Source: Chloroflexota bacterium (lineage in GTDB: Bacteria; Chloroflexota; UBA6077; SHYK01). From it: a DNA stretch of 64,000 nt. The notes under the pieces are model-generated. The model saw only the letters and a program-made list of their open reading frames with translations, did no database searches and was not told where the DNA came from. The stretch spans positions 438,359 to 502,358 of the forward strand of contig SHYK01000001.1 of NCBI GenBank assembly GCA_009692845.1, read 5' to 3'. The translations under genes were made by a program, and so were the position numbers. This document shows, one piece after another, positions 49,216-58,432 of the stretch. The first letter of the stretch is position 1. Each line of letters begins with the position of its first letter.

Positions 49216-50682
49216 ATGGGGCCAGAAGAATATCTGCACGATGCAGAAGGGTTCACTCGCTCGCTCAGCGCTGAGCAGTATGTGGCTCGATCCGGGCTCA
49301 AGGCGACTCTCGACCTCGCCCCCATCTATGAGCGATATCCTCACCTCTTCGAAGGAGATCGGTTTGCGGAAGCGAGCCGTTGGGATATCGACCCCCGTCA
49401 GCTTCATCATCTGCTCGACTTTATCGCGCATGGCTACGCCGAGGATCAGAGTCGGGACTCTGCTGAGCGGGCGGCAGCGATGGAAACCAGTCTGACCGTG
49501 GATTGGGACGAGGCCCCGGTGCCCTACCGCCAGGTCCCGGCATTGATTGCTGGCGAAGCCAACGCCGTTCGCCGGCATGCCCTCGAGGCGAAGTATTTGA
49601 CCGCTATGACGACTCTCAATTCTCCCCTCGAAGCGGGGGAAAAACGCAAGCAGCGGGCCGGTCGCCAGTTCGGTCATGCTGACTACGTGGCCATGTACGA
49701 CGAATTACGCGGCTTCGACCTGGCTGGTCTCACCGCGACGATGAAGAAGTTCATTGCCGATACCCACGACCTCTATTTCTCGACCCTGGACACCTACCTC
49801 CACGAGATGCACATCCTGCGCGAAGATGCCCGCCGCTGTGACCTCAGCCGTATTTTTCGGGCCCCTCACCATGATGTGAGCTTTCCGTCTGACCAGATGC
49901 TGCCGCGCCTTCACTCAGCCTTGCGGGATCTCGGGATCCTGCTCGGCGACCAACCCAACATTCATGTTGATGCCGAGCCTCGGCCTCTGAAGTCGCCCCG
50001 CGCCTTCTGTGCCATCATCGGGGTGCCGGATGAGATCCGGCTGGTCGTGAAGCCGTCCGGCGGTGAGCAGGACTACGAATCGTTGTTTCACGAGGCCGGC
50101 CACGCGGAGCATTACGGGAGCGTCGGCCGCACCGAGCCCTTTGCCTACCGCTATCTGGGCGACCCGTCGGTTACCGAGAGCTACGCTTTCTTGTTCGAGT
50201 ACTTGCTTCACGACGCCAACTGGTTGCGCCGTAACCTGGCTATGGATGCGACGAACTTCTTCCATCTGGTCGGCTTTCAGCGCCTGTACATGCTGCGCCG
50301 GTATGGATCCAAGCTCATTTATGAGCAGGAGCTCCATCGGTCCAACGAGCCCGGCGACGTGGCGACTTACTATGATGACCTCATGAGCCAAAATCTGGGC
50401 GCGACCTACGGACCGGAAAGCTTTCTCACGGACGTGGACGACGGCTTCTACTGCGCGGCCTATCTGCGCGCCTGGATCTTTGAGGCGCAGCATCGGCGGT
50501 TTTTGCTCAAGGAGTTCGACCAGGAGTGGTTCCGTAACCCCAAGGCGGGTAGGTTTTTGGTGGAGTTGTGGCGAGAAGGACAGAAGTACTCGGTGGAGGA
50601 GTTGGCCCGGTTCATGGGCTTCGAGCAGCTGGACATTGGCGTGGTCACGCAGGATATTCGCCGGCTCCTGGGCGCAGAATGA
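49216..50682 (+). CDS. M3-like zinc metallopeptidase (oligoendopeptidase F-like)
   Basis: 488 aa. [10 protein letters not shown] is the HExxH motif in a helical M3-type context. Confidence 0.65.
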   Translation: MGPEEYLHDAEGFTRSLSAEQYVARSGLKATLDLAPIYERYPHLFEGDRFAEASRWDIDPRQLHHLLDFIAHGYAEDQSRDSAERAAAMETSLTVDWDEAPVPYRQVPALIAGEANAVRRHALEAKYLTAMTTLNSPLEAGEKRKQRAGRQFGHADYVAMYDELRGFDLAGLTATMKKFIADTHDLYFSTLDTYLHEMHILREDARRCDLSRIFRAPHHDVSFPSDQMLPRLHSALRDLGILLGDQPNIHVDAEPRPLKSPRAFCAIIGVPDEIRLVVKPSGGEQDYESLFHEAGHAEHYGSVGRTEPFAYRYLGDPSVTESYAFLFEYLLHDANWLRRNLAMDATNFFHLVGFQRLYMLRRYGSKLIYEQELHRSNEPGDVATYYDDLMSQNLGATYGPESFLTDVDDGFYCAAYLRAWIFEAQHRRFLLKEFDQEWFRNPKAGRFLVELWREGQKYSVEELARFMGFEQLDIGVVTQDIRRLLGAE

Positions 50683-51197
50683 GCGCTGAGTCAGCAAGCC
50701 ATGGGTCGTTGAGCCACCTGCCGCTGACCCATCTAGATGAACACGGCGCCGCCCACATGGTGGACGTTTCCGAGAAGGACGACACTCTCCGGGAGGCGAC
50801 TGCTCGCGGTCGCATATCGATGGCGCCAGAGACTCTGAACCTGATCGAAAGTGGGACTGCAGCCAAGGGCAGTGTGCTGGGGGTGGCCCAGCTGGCCGGC
50901 ATCATGGCGGCCAAGCAAACCGGGACGCTGATTCCGCTGTGCCACCCGCTGCCGCTCACCGGAGTGGACGTCAGCTTCGCGGTGGATCGGGCGAGCGCCT
51001 CGGTCGAGATCGAGGCAACCGCCCGCACTGTGGGTAAAACCGGAGTCGAGATGGAGGCCATGGTGGCGGTCTCGGTCGCCGCGCTCACCATTTACGACAT
51101 GTGCAAGGCGGTCGATCGGGCCATGATCATCGGGGGAGTGCGCCTGGTTCACAAGAGCGGCGGAAAGTCCGGCGAGTTTGTCCGGGGGAAAGAGTAG
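50679..51197 (+). CDS. moaC: cyclic pyranopterin monophosphate synthase
   Basis: The frame is ORF 50568..51197. ATG 50679 overlaps the upstream stop (ATGA). [27 protein letters not shown] and [10 protein letters not shown] are seen. Confidence 0.92.
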   Translation: MSAESASHGSLSHLPLTHLDEHGAAHMVDVSEKDDTLREATARGRISMAPETLNLIESGTAAKGSVLGVAQLAGIMAAKQTGTLIPLCHPLPLTGVDVSFAVDRASASVEIEATARTVGKTGVEMEAMVAVSVAALTIYDMCKAVDRAMIIGGVRLVHKSGGKSGEFVRGKE

Positions 51198-51725
51198 TTG
51201 GACGAGCGTCTGGGAGGCCAACCGATTCGCGCGGCGGTCATGACCATGAGCGATATGGGTTCCCGTGGAGAGCGGGAGGACACCAGTGGCGATCGGATCG
51301 TCGAGTTCCTGGCCGAGATCAAGGCCGAGCTGGTGGACCGGGTGCTCATTCCCGATGAGCGCGAGCAAATTCGCGAGCATTTGTGCCGCCTGGCGGACGT
51401 TGCCCACGTTGATCTGATTCTGACCACCGGCGGCACCGGGCTGTCTCCCCGCGATGTGACGCCCGACGTTACTGCGCAAGTTGTGGACTACCAGGCCCTC
51501 GGTATCGCGGAGGCCATGCGGGCCTACAGCCTGCAGAAGACACCATTCGGCATGCTGTCCCGCCAGGTGGTGGGTGTACGAGGAAGCACGTTGATCATCA
51601 ACCTGCCCGGGAGTCCCAAAGCGGTCGTCGAATGTCTCGAGGTGGTACAACCGGTCCTAGCCCATGCCGTCGAGCTCATCCGCGGCCGCCCGGTCGACCA
51701 CACCCCACCCACGCCGAAGGCCTGA
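51198..51725 (+). CDS. MoaB/MogA-family molybdenum cofactor biosynthesis protein
   Basis: 175 aa. LILTTGGTGLSPRDVTP and INLPGSPKA are seen. Confidence 0.85.
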   Translation: MDERLGGQPIRAAVMTMSDMGSRGEREDTSGDRIVEFLAEIKAELVDRVLIPDEREQIREHLCRLADVAHVDLILTTGGTGLSPRDVTPDVTAQVVDYQALGIAEAMRAYSLQKTPFGMLSRQVVGVRGSTLIINLPGSPKAVVECLEVVQPVLAHAVELIRGRPVDHTPPTPKA

Positions 51726-51726
51726 G

Positions 51727-54700
51727 TCAGTCCAGGATTTCGGCCGCTGATCTTAGGGCCCCTTCCTCCTGCCCTCGGCCAAAAAGGCCGCGAAGAAATG
51801 CCCGCTCCTGTTTACCCACGCCGCCGATCGCGAACAAGACCGCGCCATAGGCCACCGCTGAGAGGACGATCACCCCGGCCAATGGCCAAGATGCCAGGCC
51901 CCAGGTGACCAGCCCCATTGCGAGCCCGGCCACTATCGGTCGCCAGGCCAGCGCGAGCAGGTGGACCGGCCCGACGTAGCGCTGGATGGCATACCAGAAC
52001 GGACCGAGCAGGATGAGCTCGGAGGCGATGGTGGCCGCCGCCGCCCCCACGTAGGCGAATCGAGGAATAAGAATCAGGTTCGCGGCAATGTTGAACGCAC
52101 TGGCCAGCACGAAGGCCCAGGTAATGAACCGCTGTTGGTTGACCGCAATGAGCACGTACTGCAACAGGCTATTGACGAAGCTAAACGGCAGGAACCAGAT
52201 CAGCACCTGCAGCGCGACTACCGAGTGCGGAATATATGCCTCGCCGGCCACGATTCGAATGATCGGCTCGGCGAGCAGCGTGGTCCCGAAGGCAATTGGG
52301 AAAGCTGCGCTGAGTAGCGTCTTCAGAGCGAGCTCAACCGTTGGGATTAGACGGTCGCTGGACCCGGCGAGCCTCGAGAAGATCGGGAAGAGGGCGAGGG
52401 TGAATTGGGATGGGATGAGGTTGAGGCCGTCGATGAACTTATAGGCGGCGCCGTACCAACCCAGGACCGTGTCCCCCCAGATTGGTCGCAGGATCAATCC
52501 GTCCACTCGAAAGAACAGGGTGGAGAGCAGGTTGTTGAGCATCAACGGGTATGACGTGAGTACGAGCTTCACCGAAAATCTGGGTTCCATCGACAAACCT
52601 GGCCAGCCCACCACCTCGGCTAGAAGTACGACCAGGGCGACCGCGGTAATGGTATTTACGGCGATCGACACCGCCGCGAGTCCCACGATCCCGAAGCCGA
52701 GCAGCAGCACGCTGACCCCGCCCACCAGCTTGAGCACCGCGGTCAGGTTGCCGACATAGGCTGGGTATTCCATCAGCTCGCGGGAGTTCATGACCGCCGT
52801 AACCAGCCCCGACAGGTTCGAAATCGCGATCCCGACCGCCAGTAACACCAGCGTCAGGCCCATCTCGGGGGTTAGCTCGATCAGCGGCCCCAGTGGCCCG
52901 GCCACCACGCCCGCGATGACTAACGCAACCATAGAGAGGGTCAGCCGGGCGGCGGCGGCTGAGCCCAGATAACGGGAAGTTGCGGCGGCGTCGCGCGCGA
53001 GATCGCGGGTCAGGAGCACGCCCAGGCCGAAGTTGGCCAGGATATCCAGGTACCCGATCACCAGCACTGCCCACGTGTAGCGACCCACGTCCGTGGGACC
53101 CAGGACCCGCAGCATTACGATTGCCAGGCCCAGGTCGAGCACCTTGTTGAGGCCGCCGGCCGCCATCGGCACCGCTGCGTTCTTCACGACCCGGGCGAGA
53201 GTCGAGCGCCGAGCGTAGCGAGCGATGATCCCCTGCCAGCTCGTAATGGCGGCCAGAATGACGATCACCAGCAGCCCTGTCCCGGACAGCAACAGTGCGA
53301 TCCGCCAGCTGTACGGTTGGTAGGCGAAAACTACGTCATGGCCGCCGGGTCCCAGCTCAATGGCTCGAAAGAGGCCGTCCGCCCGCAGAATCGTTTGCGG
53401 GTTGCCGTCGACATAGGCGGTCCAGCCGGGAAAGGCGACGTCAAACAGGACCAGGTAGCCACCCGCCGAGGAGCTTGCCTGGATGCGCACTTCCTCGTTG
53501 GCGTAGCTGGTCACCTGAGCGGTGCCGGCCGGTCTGGGGGCTTGCTCGGTGACCGATCCCTCCAACGCAGCCACGTTGGCAGGGTTGATGGCTTTGGTCA
53601 CCACCTGAGCCATCGCATCCTCCTGCGAGACCGCCGCTATGGCGCTGCCGACGAGGAGCACGCGAGGCAAGGCGGTACTCCGTCGATACACCTTGGTCGG
53701 ACCGTCGTAGACCAGCGCAAGCTGGGGGTCGCTCAACGTATCGCGAGTAAAGACGTACCGAACGCCGAGGGCGTCGACCAGCGGAGAGCCCAGGGTCTTC
53801 GGGTCGGTAAGCGCCTCGATCCGGTTGAAGGCCAGGCTGGCCCGGACATTGTCCGCGTCGATTGCACTGGCGTAGCGGACGTAGTCCTGCTGGATGATGC
53901 TGTCGTATCCGCGGATGTCTTCGAGTCCGAACAGCGCGCCGGTATTCGCGGGGAGCACGTCATGATCGAAGGCAGTAATGCGAAAAGGCCCGGCCCATCC
54001 GCTACTGGCCACGTCGTGGCGGAGGGCACGAACCGAAGGCGGCACATAGTCAAGGACCTTAGGATCGCCGGCCGTGCCGTAGCCGATGCCGAAGGCAAAC
54101 AGGTCGACCAGGCTAACGGCGATGAGGACTGAGGGACCGAATCGAAATCGGGCACTCAGGAGGATTCCGGCTCCGCTGGCTAAGAGCAGGATCGTAGCGA
54201 TTGCGACGTTGGCCCACTGGTACGAGAACAAGGATCCGCCATCCAAGAAAGCGTCGGTCAGCCGGTCGGAGCCCCTGATTGCGCTTTCTGCCCAGCCGAT
54301 GACCTGGCCCCGGACACCGATCGCTGGATCATCGAGCATGCTCAGGAGCAAACCGCCAGAGATGATTCCGCCGAGACCGAGGACCCCCAACCCGATCTGA
54401 CGCACCCTGGTCGGGGCAGCGCTGGATAGTGCAGTCAGGGCTAGCCCGGCCAGCGCCGCGGCAGCAAACGAGTACGGGAAGATCCACCGAAATGGGGTGC
54501 GGAGCTGGGAGTACCCCGGGACCAACGAGTACAGGATCCCGAATAGAGGCGTCCCAAAGGCGATCAGAAGCGCGAAAACGGCGATCAGGGCCAAAGGCCA
54601 GCGCTGGGGGGCACGGCTCAGCCATGGAGCGAGGACGGCCAGGAGCAGTGCGACAATGCCGATATAGGCGGTTCCCTCGACAAAGTTCTTTTTGCCCCAC

Positions 54701-55740
54701 TCGGTCGTCCCCGCGTCATTGCTTGCGCTGGCCGGCCGCCACGAGAGAGTCGTTAGGTCGAACACCCGGTGATGGGTTGGGTTCCCGAAGACGTTCGGAA
54801 TGACAAAGGCCAGAGCAGCCTCGCGGGGCAGCGCATAACCACGAACCTGGTCGTAGGTGGTTCCCCCTACCCGATAGTTGGTGGCGCCGGCTTCCGTCAG
54901 GGGCACCAGTTGCACGGCAGCCAGCAGACCTCCGAGGAGGAAGCCGCCGCTCAAGGCCGCGACACTGATAGCGGTGTCGGCTAGCCGACGCGATCGCCGT
55001 AGGCATTGGATCAGGCGCGCGGACGCGTACAGCGCGGGCGCCGCGAGGTTGTAGAAGGCGATCTCGGGGTGGCCGCCGGTAAGCTGCAAGCCAGTTGCCA
55101 CGCTCAGGATCAGAAGTGTGAACAGAATCGCTCGGGCGCCCTTCCTCTGCTCCACCCCGATGATTGTTCGCTCGACGCCCCACAGGATCAGCGGGAGCCA
55201 TATCGCCGTGGCGATCATCTGGGGCCACATGGTGCTCACGGTCAGGAAGCCGCACAGCCCGAAGGAGACCGCGGCCAGCGTGCTGCCGACCCGGTTGGCG
55301 CCAATCTCACGCATGAAGAGATGCGTGAAGACCATGCCGAGCCATAGATGGAGTGCTATGAACCACACATACCACCGCGCTGGAGGAAGGAAGTTGAGCG
55401 CGATCGCCGGTGGGTAGAGGGCTTGATTCTGCCCGGTGGCCAGAAAGGCCTGGCCTCCAAAGATGTTGGGGTTCCACAAGGGGGGCTGCCCCGATGCCCA
55501 GCTCGCTTGAGCGAGGAGTCGCCAAGAGATGTTCTGGAGGATCGAATCCGACGACAGCATGTTGTTAGGACGAGTGAGGTCAAGCTCTTCAGCCGACTCC
55601 CGCCAGGGGCCGAAAGCCACCAGATTGTCGGTCGGCAGGAGAACTCGGTTGGTGAGCAGCACCGGGGAAAAGAACGCCAGCACGATGGCGACGTAGAGGA
55701 TTGGGATGGCGGCCCGGGAAGCCAGGGCCCGTCCTACCAC
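51727..55740 (-). CDS. fusion protein: YfhO-like GT-C glycosyltransferase (N-terminal ~865 aa) + MOP/Wzx-type polysaccharide flippase (C-terminal ~470 aa)
   Basis: A single 1337-aa ORF. The N-terminal part is multi-TM with an extracytoplasmic domain ending LVLFDVAFPGWTAYVDGNPQTILRADGLFRAIELGPGGHDVVFAYQP plus a final TM helix, the typical YfhO family ending. A cytoplasmic RYARRSTLARVVKN linker follows, then 12-14 TM helices with flippase-like segments (LGPTDVGRYTWAVLVIGYLDI, WYGAAYKF, NIAANLILIPRF). The GTG start overlaps the stop of the upstream GT2 gene by 7 nt. Confidence 0.8.
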   Translation of the reverse strand: MVGRALASRAAIPILYVAIVLAFFSPVLLTNRVLLPTDNLVAFGPWRESAEELDLTRPNNMLSSDSILQNISWRLLAQASWASGQPPLWNPNIFGGQAFLATGQNQALYPPAIALNFLPPARWYVWFIALHLWLGMVFTHLFMREIGANRVGSTLAAVSFGLCGFLTVSTMWPQMIATAIWLPLILWGVERTIIGVEQRKGARAILFTLLILSVATGLQLTGGHPEIAFYNLAAPALYASARLIQCLRRSRRLADTAISVAALSGGFLLGGLLAAVQLVPLTEAGATNYRVGGTTYDQVRGYALPREAALAFVIPNVFGNPTHHRVFDLTTLSWRPASASNDAGTTEWGKKNFVEGTAYIGIVALLLAVLAPWLSRAPQRWPLALIAVFALLIAFGTPLFGILYSLVPGYSQLRTPFRWIFPYSFAAAALAGLALTALSSAAPTRVRQIGLGVLGLGGIISGGLLLSMLDDPAIGVRGQVIGWAESAIRGSDRLTDAFLDGGSLFSYQWANVAIATILLLASGAGILLSARFRFGPSVLIAVSLVDLFAFGIGYGTAGDPKVLDYVPPSVRALRHDVASSGWAGPFRITAFDHDVLPANTGALFGLEDIRGYDSIIQQDYVRYASAIDADNVRASLAFNRIEALTDPKTLGSPLVDALGVRYVFTRDTLSDPQLALVYDGPTKVYRRSTALPRVLLVGSAIAAVSQEDAMAQVVTKAINPANVAALEGSVTEQAPRPAGTAQVTSYANEEVRIQASSSAGGYLVLFDVAFPGWTAYVDGNPQTILRADGLFRAIELGPGGHDVVFAYQPYSWRIALLLSGTGLLVIVILAAITSWQGIIARYARRSTLARVVKNAAVPMAAGGLNKVLDLGLAIVMLRVLGPTDVGRYTWAVLVIGYLDILANFGLGVLLTRDLARDAAATSRYLGSAAAARLTLSMVALVIAGVVAGPLGPLIELTPEMGLTLVLLAVGIAISNLSGLVTAVMNSRELMEYPAYVGNLTAVLKLVGGVSVLLLGFGIVGLAAVSIAVNTITAVALVVLLAEVVGWPGLSMEPRFSVKLVLTSYPLMLNNLLSTLFFRVDGLILRPIWGDTVLGWYGAAYKFIDGLNLIPSQFTLALFPIFSRLAGSSDRLIPTVELALKTLLSAAFPIAFGTTLLAEPIIRIVAGEAYIPHSVVALQVLIWFLPFSFVNSLLQYVLIAVNQQRFITWAFVLASAFNIAANLILIPRFAYVGAAAATIASELILLGPFWYAIQRYVGPVHLLALAWRPIVAGLAMGLVTWGLASWPLAGVIVLSAVAYGAVLFAIGGVGKQERAFLRGLFGRGQEEGALRSAAEILD

Positions 55741-56519
55741 CGAGATCGAATCTGCCAGACCCGCCAGGTGGCTTCAGTGATGATTTTCAGGGACATTTTG
55801 GAGGTTCCCCGCACCCGCTCCTCGAAGTAGATCGGGAGCTCAGCCACCTTAAGGCCGTACCGGTGACACGCCATCGCCACCTCGATTTGGAAAGCGTAGC
55901 CATCGGATCGAACTCGATGGAGCGGTAGCTTGCGCAGGGCGGCCGCTCGATAGGCCTTGAATCCGGCGGTTGGATCGTAGACCGGGAGGCCCGTGACCCA
56001 GCGCGCATACAGATTGGCGTACTTGCTGAGAAGGTAGCGCCAGAGTGGCCAGTTCTCATCGAGTTTCCCACCCGGCGCCCACCGCGAGCCGACGACCACG
56101 TCGTTCTCATTCAGCAGACGGAGCATCTGGGGCAGATATTCCGGCGAATGGGAAAAGTCCGCGTCCATTTCGAAGACGACGTCTGCGCCTCGCTCGAGAG
56201 CGAGGGAGAAGCCGGCGATGTACGCGGTGCCGAGGCCGAGCTTGCCGGCCCGGTGCAGGATGTGCAGTCTGCCCGGTCGCTCGCGCGCGATGCGCTCAGC
56301 CAGGTCCCCGGTGCCGTCCGGTGAGTTGTCGTCCACCACAAGGATCGATACCTGGATGTCTTCAGGAGCCCGGCTGGTTTCTGGCTCGGGGGACCCGGCC
56401 AGCTCTCGGAGGCTCACCGGACCCGTGGCGGGCCAATCCAGCTTGTCGAGCAGCGTGGTGACCATGATTTCCAGATTGTCTGCCTCGTTGTAGGTAGGCA
56501 TGACGATCCAGATGTTCAA
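55734..56519 (-). CDS. GT2 polyprenyl-phosphate sugar synthase (Dpm1/Ppm1-like)
   Basis: 261 aa. VMPTYNEADNL, ILVVDDNSPDGT, MDADFSH and YAFQIE are seen. A ~25-aa insert follows the first strand. No C-terminal TM helix is present. Confidence 0.88.
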   Translation of the reverse strand: MNIWIVMPTYNEADNLEIMVTTLLDKLDWPATGPVSLRELAGSPEPETSRAPEDIQVSILVVDDNSPDGTGDLAERIARERPGRLHILHRAGKLGLGTAYIAGFSLALERGADVVFEMDADFSHSPEYLPQMLRLLNENDVVVGSRWAPGGKLDENWPLWRYLLSKYANLYARWVTGLPVYDPTAGFKAYRAAALRKLPLHRVRSDGYAFQIEVAMACHRYGLKVAELPIYFEERVRGTSKMSLKIITEATWRVWQIRSRW

Positions 56520-56768
56520 TCGGCCCAGGTCCTAACTGATCCCTCCGGGGGAGACCGGAGGTGGATCTTGCTCGACTTCAGGAGCCTTTTCGAGCGGTTG
56601 GGCGAGTATAGCACTGGGAAAATGACCACTCGCCCGGCGGAGGTGATTTTCAGACTGCGCTGATTCCCGACTGATAGACACCAGGGCTGCCCGCTGGCGG
56701 GGGTGTAGATTGCACTACGGTATCATTTCGGCGCCTGCCAGGAAGGCTCCCGTCGAGAGGTAATTTCG

Positions 56769-57614
56769 ATCCGAGACGTCACTTCGAAGCCAGTTGTAAT
56801 CTGGGGCCCGTCCCAAGACTGGCTGCAATCCGCGCTCGGGCGCCCGGCCGAGATCTGGCACTATCGCGGGCTCCTGGCGAACCTGGTTCTGCGCGACGTA
56901 CGGCTCCGTTATCGGGGTACCGTGCTCGGAGTGATTTGGTGCCTCCTGAACCCCCTGGCTATGACTCTAATTTTTACGCTGCTCTTCACCGTCTTCATGC
57001 CAAACAAGGCGATATCGAACTTCCCAGTTTTTGCTCTGATCGGGGTGCTCGTGTGGAATTTCCATGCCAGCTCCATCGTGGGGGGCATCCAGAGTATCAC
57101 GGCCAACAGCGCCCTGCTCACCAAGACGCATTTTCCGCGCGAGCTGCTCCCGCTCTCGATGGTGCTGTCCAATGGCGTGAACTTCCTGTTCGCGATTCCG
57201 ATCCTGGTGGCGTTTCTGATGCTGTTCGGGATCGGCATTGGTTGGGGGCTGCTATTGCTCCCGATCGTGGTGCTGATTCAAATCGGCTTCCTGGCGGGCT
57301 TCGCCTTTATCTTTGCCACCGCCAACGTCTACTACCGGGACACTGGCATCATCATGGAATCCCTGCTGCTGGCTTGGTTCTTCCTGACGCCCGTTTTCTA
57401 CCAGCCCCAGGACTTGTTTCCTGAATGGCAGCGGTTGCTGTATATCGTGAACCCGGTGGCATCAGTCTTAGCGAGCTACCGAGACATCCTGTATTCCAAT
57501 GCCGCCCCAGAAGGACTCTTTTTGCTGCGAAGCGCCACCGAAGCGGGGGCCTTTCTCATCTTCGGGTGGCTCATCTTTCACCGTTTCGCGGATCGGTTTG
57601 TCGAAGAGCTATGA
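56769..57614 (+). CDS. ABC-2 type polysaccharide export permease (Wzm/TagG-like)
   Basis: The ORF track starts at GTG 56922, but that codon lies inside the conserved RD..LRYRGTVLGVIW motif. The frame is open back to 56709 with no ATG/GTG/TTG. GAGAGG (56755-56760) plus 8 nt plus ATC 56769 is the tentative start. Six TM helices follow. Confidence 0.8.
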   Translation: MRDVTSKPVVIWGPSQDWLQSALGRPAEIWHYRGLLANLVLRDVRLRYRGTVLGVIWCLLNPLAMTLIFTLLFTVFMPNKAISNFPVFALIGVLVWNFHASSIVGGIQSITANSALLTKTHFPRELLPLSMVLSNGVNFLFAIPILVAFLMLFGIGIGWGLLLLPIVVLIQIGFLAGFAFIFATANVYYRDTGIIMESLLLAWFFLTPVFYQPQDLFPEWQRLLYIVNPVASVLASYRDILYSNAAPEGLFLLRSATEAGAFLIFGWLIFHRFADRFVEEL

Positions 57615-58432
57615 CCGTCGCCTTGCCAGTCGCATTCGCTAGTCAGCCGCCTGCCGTCGTGGGGACGGTTACGAGTTTGCAGTTCGAAGCGGTCTCCAAG
57701 CGGTTCACCCTCGAGCACGCCCAGGCCCGCTCATTCCAGGAAGCGTGGATTCGCTTGATCCACCGGCGGCGGGACCCTTCGCGAGAGGATTTCTGGGCCC
57801 TCAACAACGTTTCATTTGAGGTGCACGCCGGGGAGATGCTCGGCGTGATCGGTCGGAATGGCTCGGGGAAGAGCACGTTGCTCCGGGTGGCGGCGCGGAC
57901 GGTACGGCCCACGACGGGGCGGGTCTTGATCAGAGGCCGCGTAACCCCGCTGCTGGAGCTGGGCGCGGGATTTCATCCGGAGTTGAGTGGCCGAGACAAT
58001 ATCTACCTCAATGGGTCGGTCCTCGGCCTCTCGCGAGCGGAAATTTCGGACCGATACGCCGATATCGTTGGGTTCGCGGAGCTCGAGCATTTCATCGATA
58101 CCCCGCTAAAGCACTATTCGAGTGGAATGTGGCTCCGATTGGGATTCGGCGTCGCGGTCTACACCGATGCCGACATATTGCTCATCGACGAAACCCTGGC
58201 GGTGGGTGATGCCCAGTTCCAGGCGAAATGCTTCGACCGCATTGCCGAGCTGCGGAATCGAGGAACGACGATCCTCCTGGTCAGCCACGATCTTGGACTG
58301 GTTTCCACCATGTGCGACCGTGCTTTGTGGCTCGAAAGCGGTTCGGTACGCGCGGCCGGTCAGGCTTCCACTGTGGTTGCTGAGTATCAGGACGGAGCCG
58401 AGCCCGCGCGAGTCGGTGAGCCCAGAACATGA
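57611..58432 (+). CDS. polysaccharide ABC exporter ATP-binding protein (Wzt/TagH-like, NBD only)
   Basis: The frame is ORF 57425..58432. ATG 57611 overlaps the wzm stop (ATGA). Walker A is GRNGSGKSTLL, the signature is YSSGMWLRL, and Walker B is ILLIDE. At 273 aa there is no C-terminal glycan-binding domain. Confidence 0.9.
   Translation: MTVALPVAFASQPPAVVGTVTSLQFEAVSKRFTLEHAQARSFQEAWIRLIHRRRDPSREDFWALNNVSFEVHAGEMLGVIGRNGSGKSTLLRVAARTVRPTTGRVLIRGRVTPLLELGAGFHPELSGRDNIYLNGSVLGLSRAEISDRYADIVGFAELEHFIDTPLKHYSSGMWLRLGFGVAVYTDADILLIDETLAVGDAQFQAKCFDRIAELRNRGTTILLVSHDLGLVSTMCDRALWLESGSVRAAGQASTVVAEYQDGAEPARVGEPRT

Noticed and set aside
49137-49325. A 63-codon N-terminal extension of the lpd ORF.
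   Set aside because: The FAD-binding GGGPGG motif follows ATG 49136, which has a GGAGG SD. The extension is Ser/Arg/Cys-rich and spans the divergent intergenic region.
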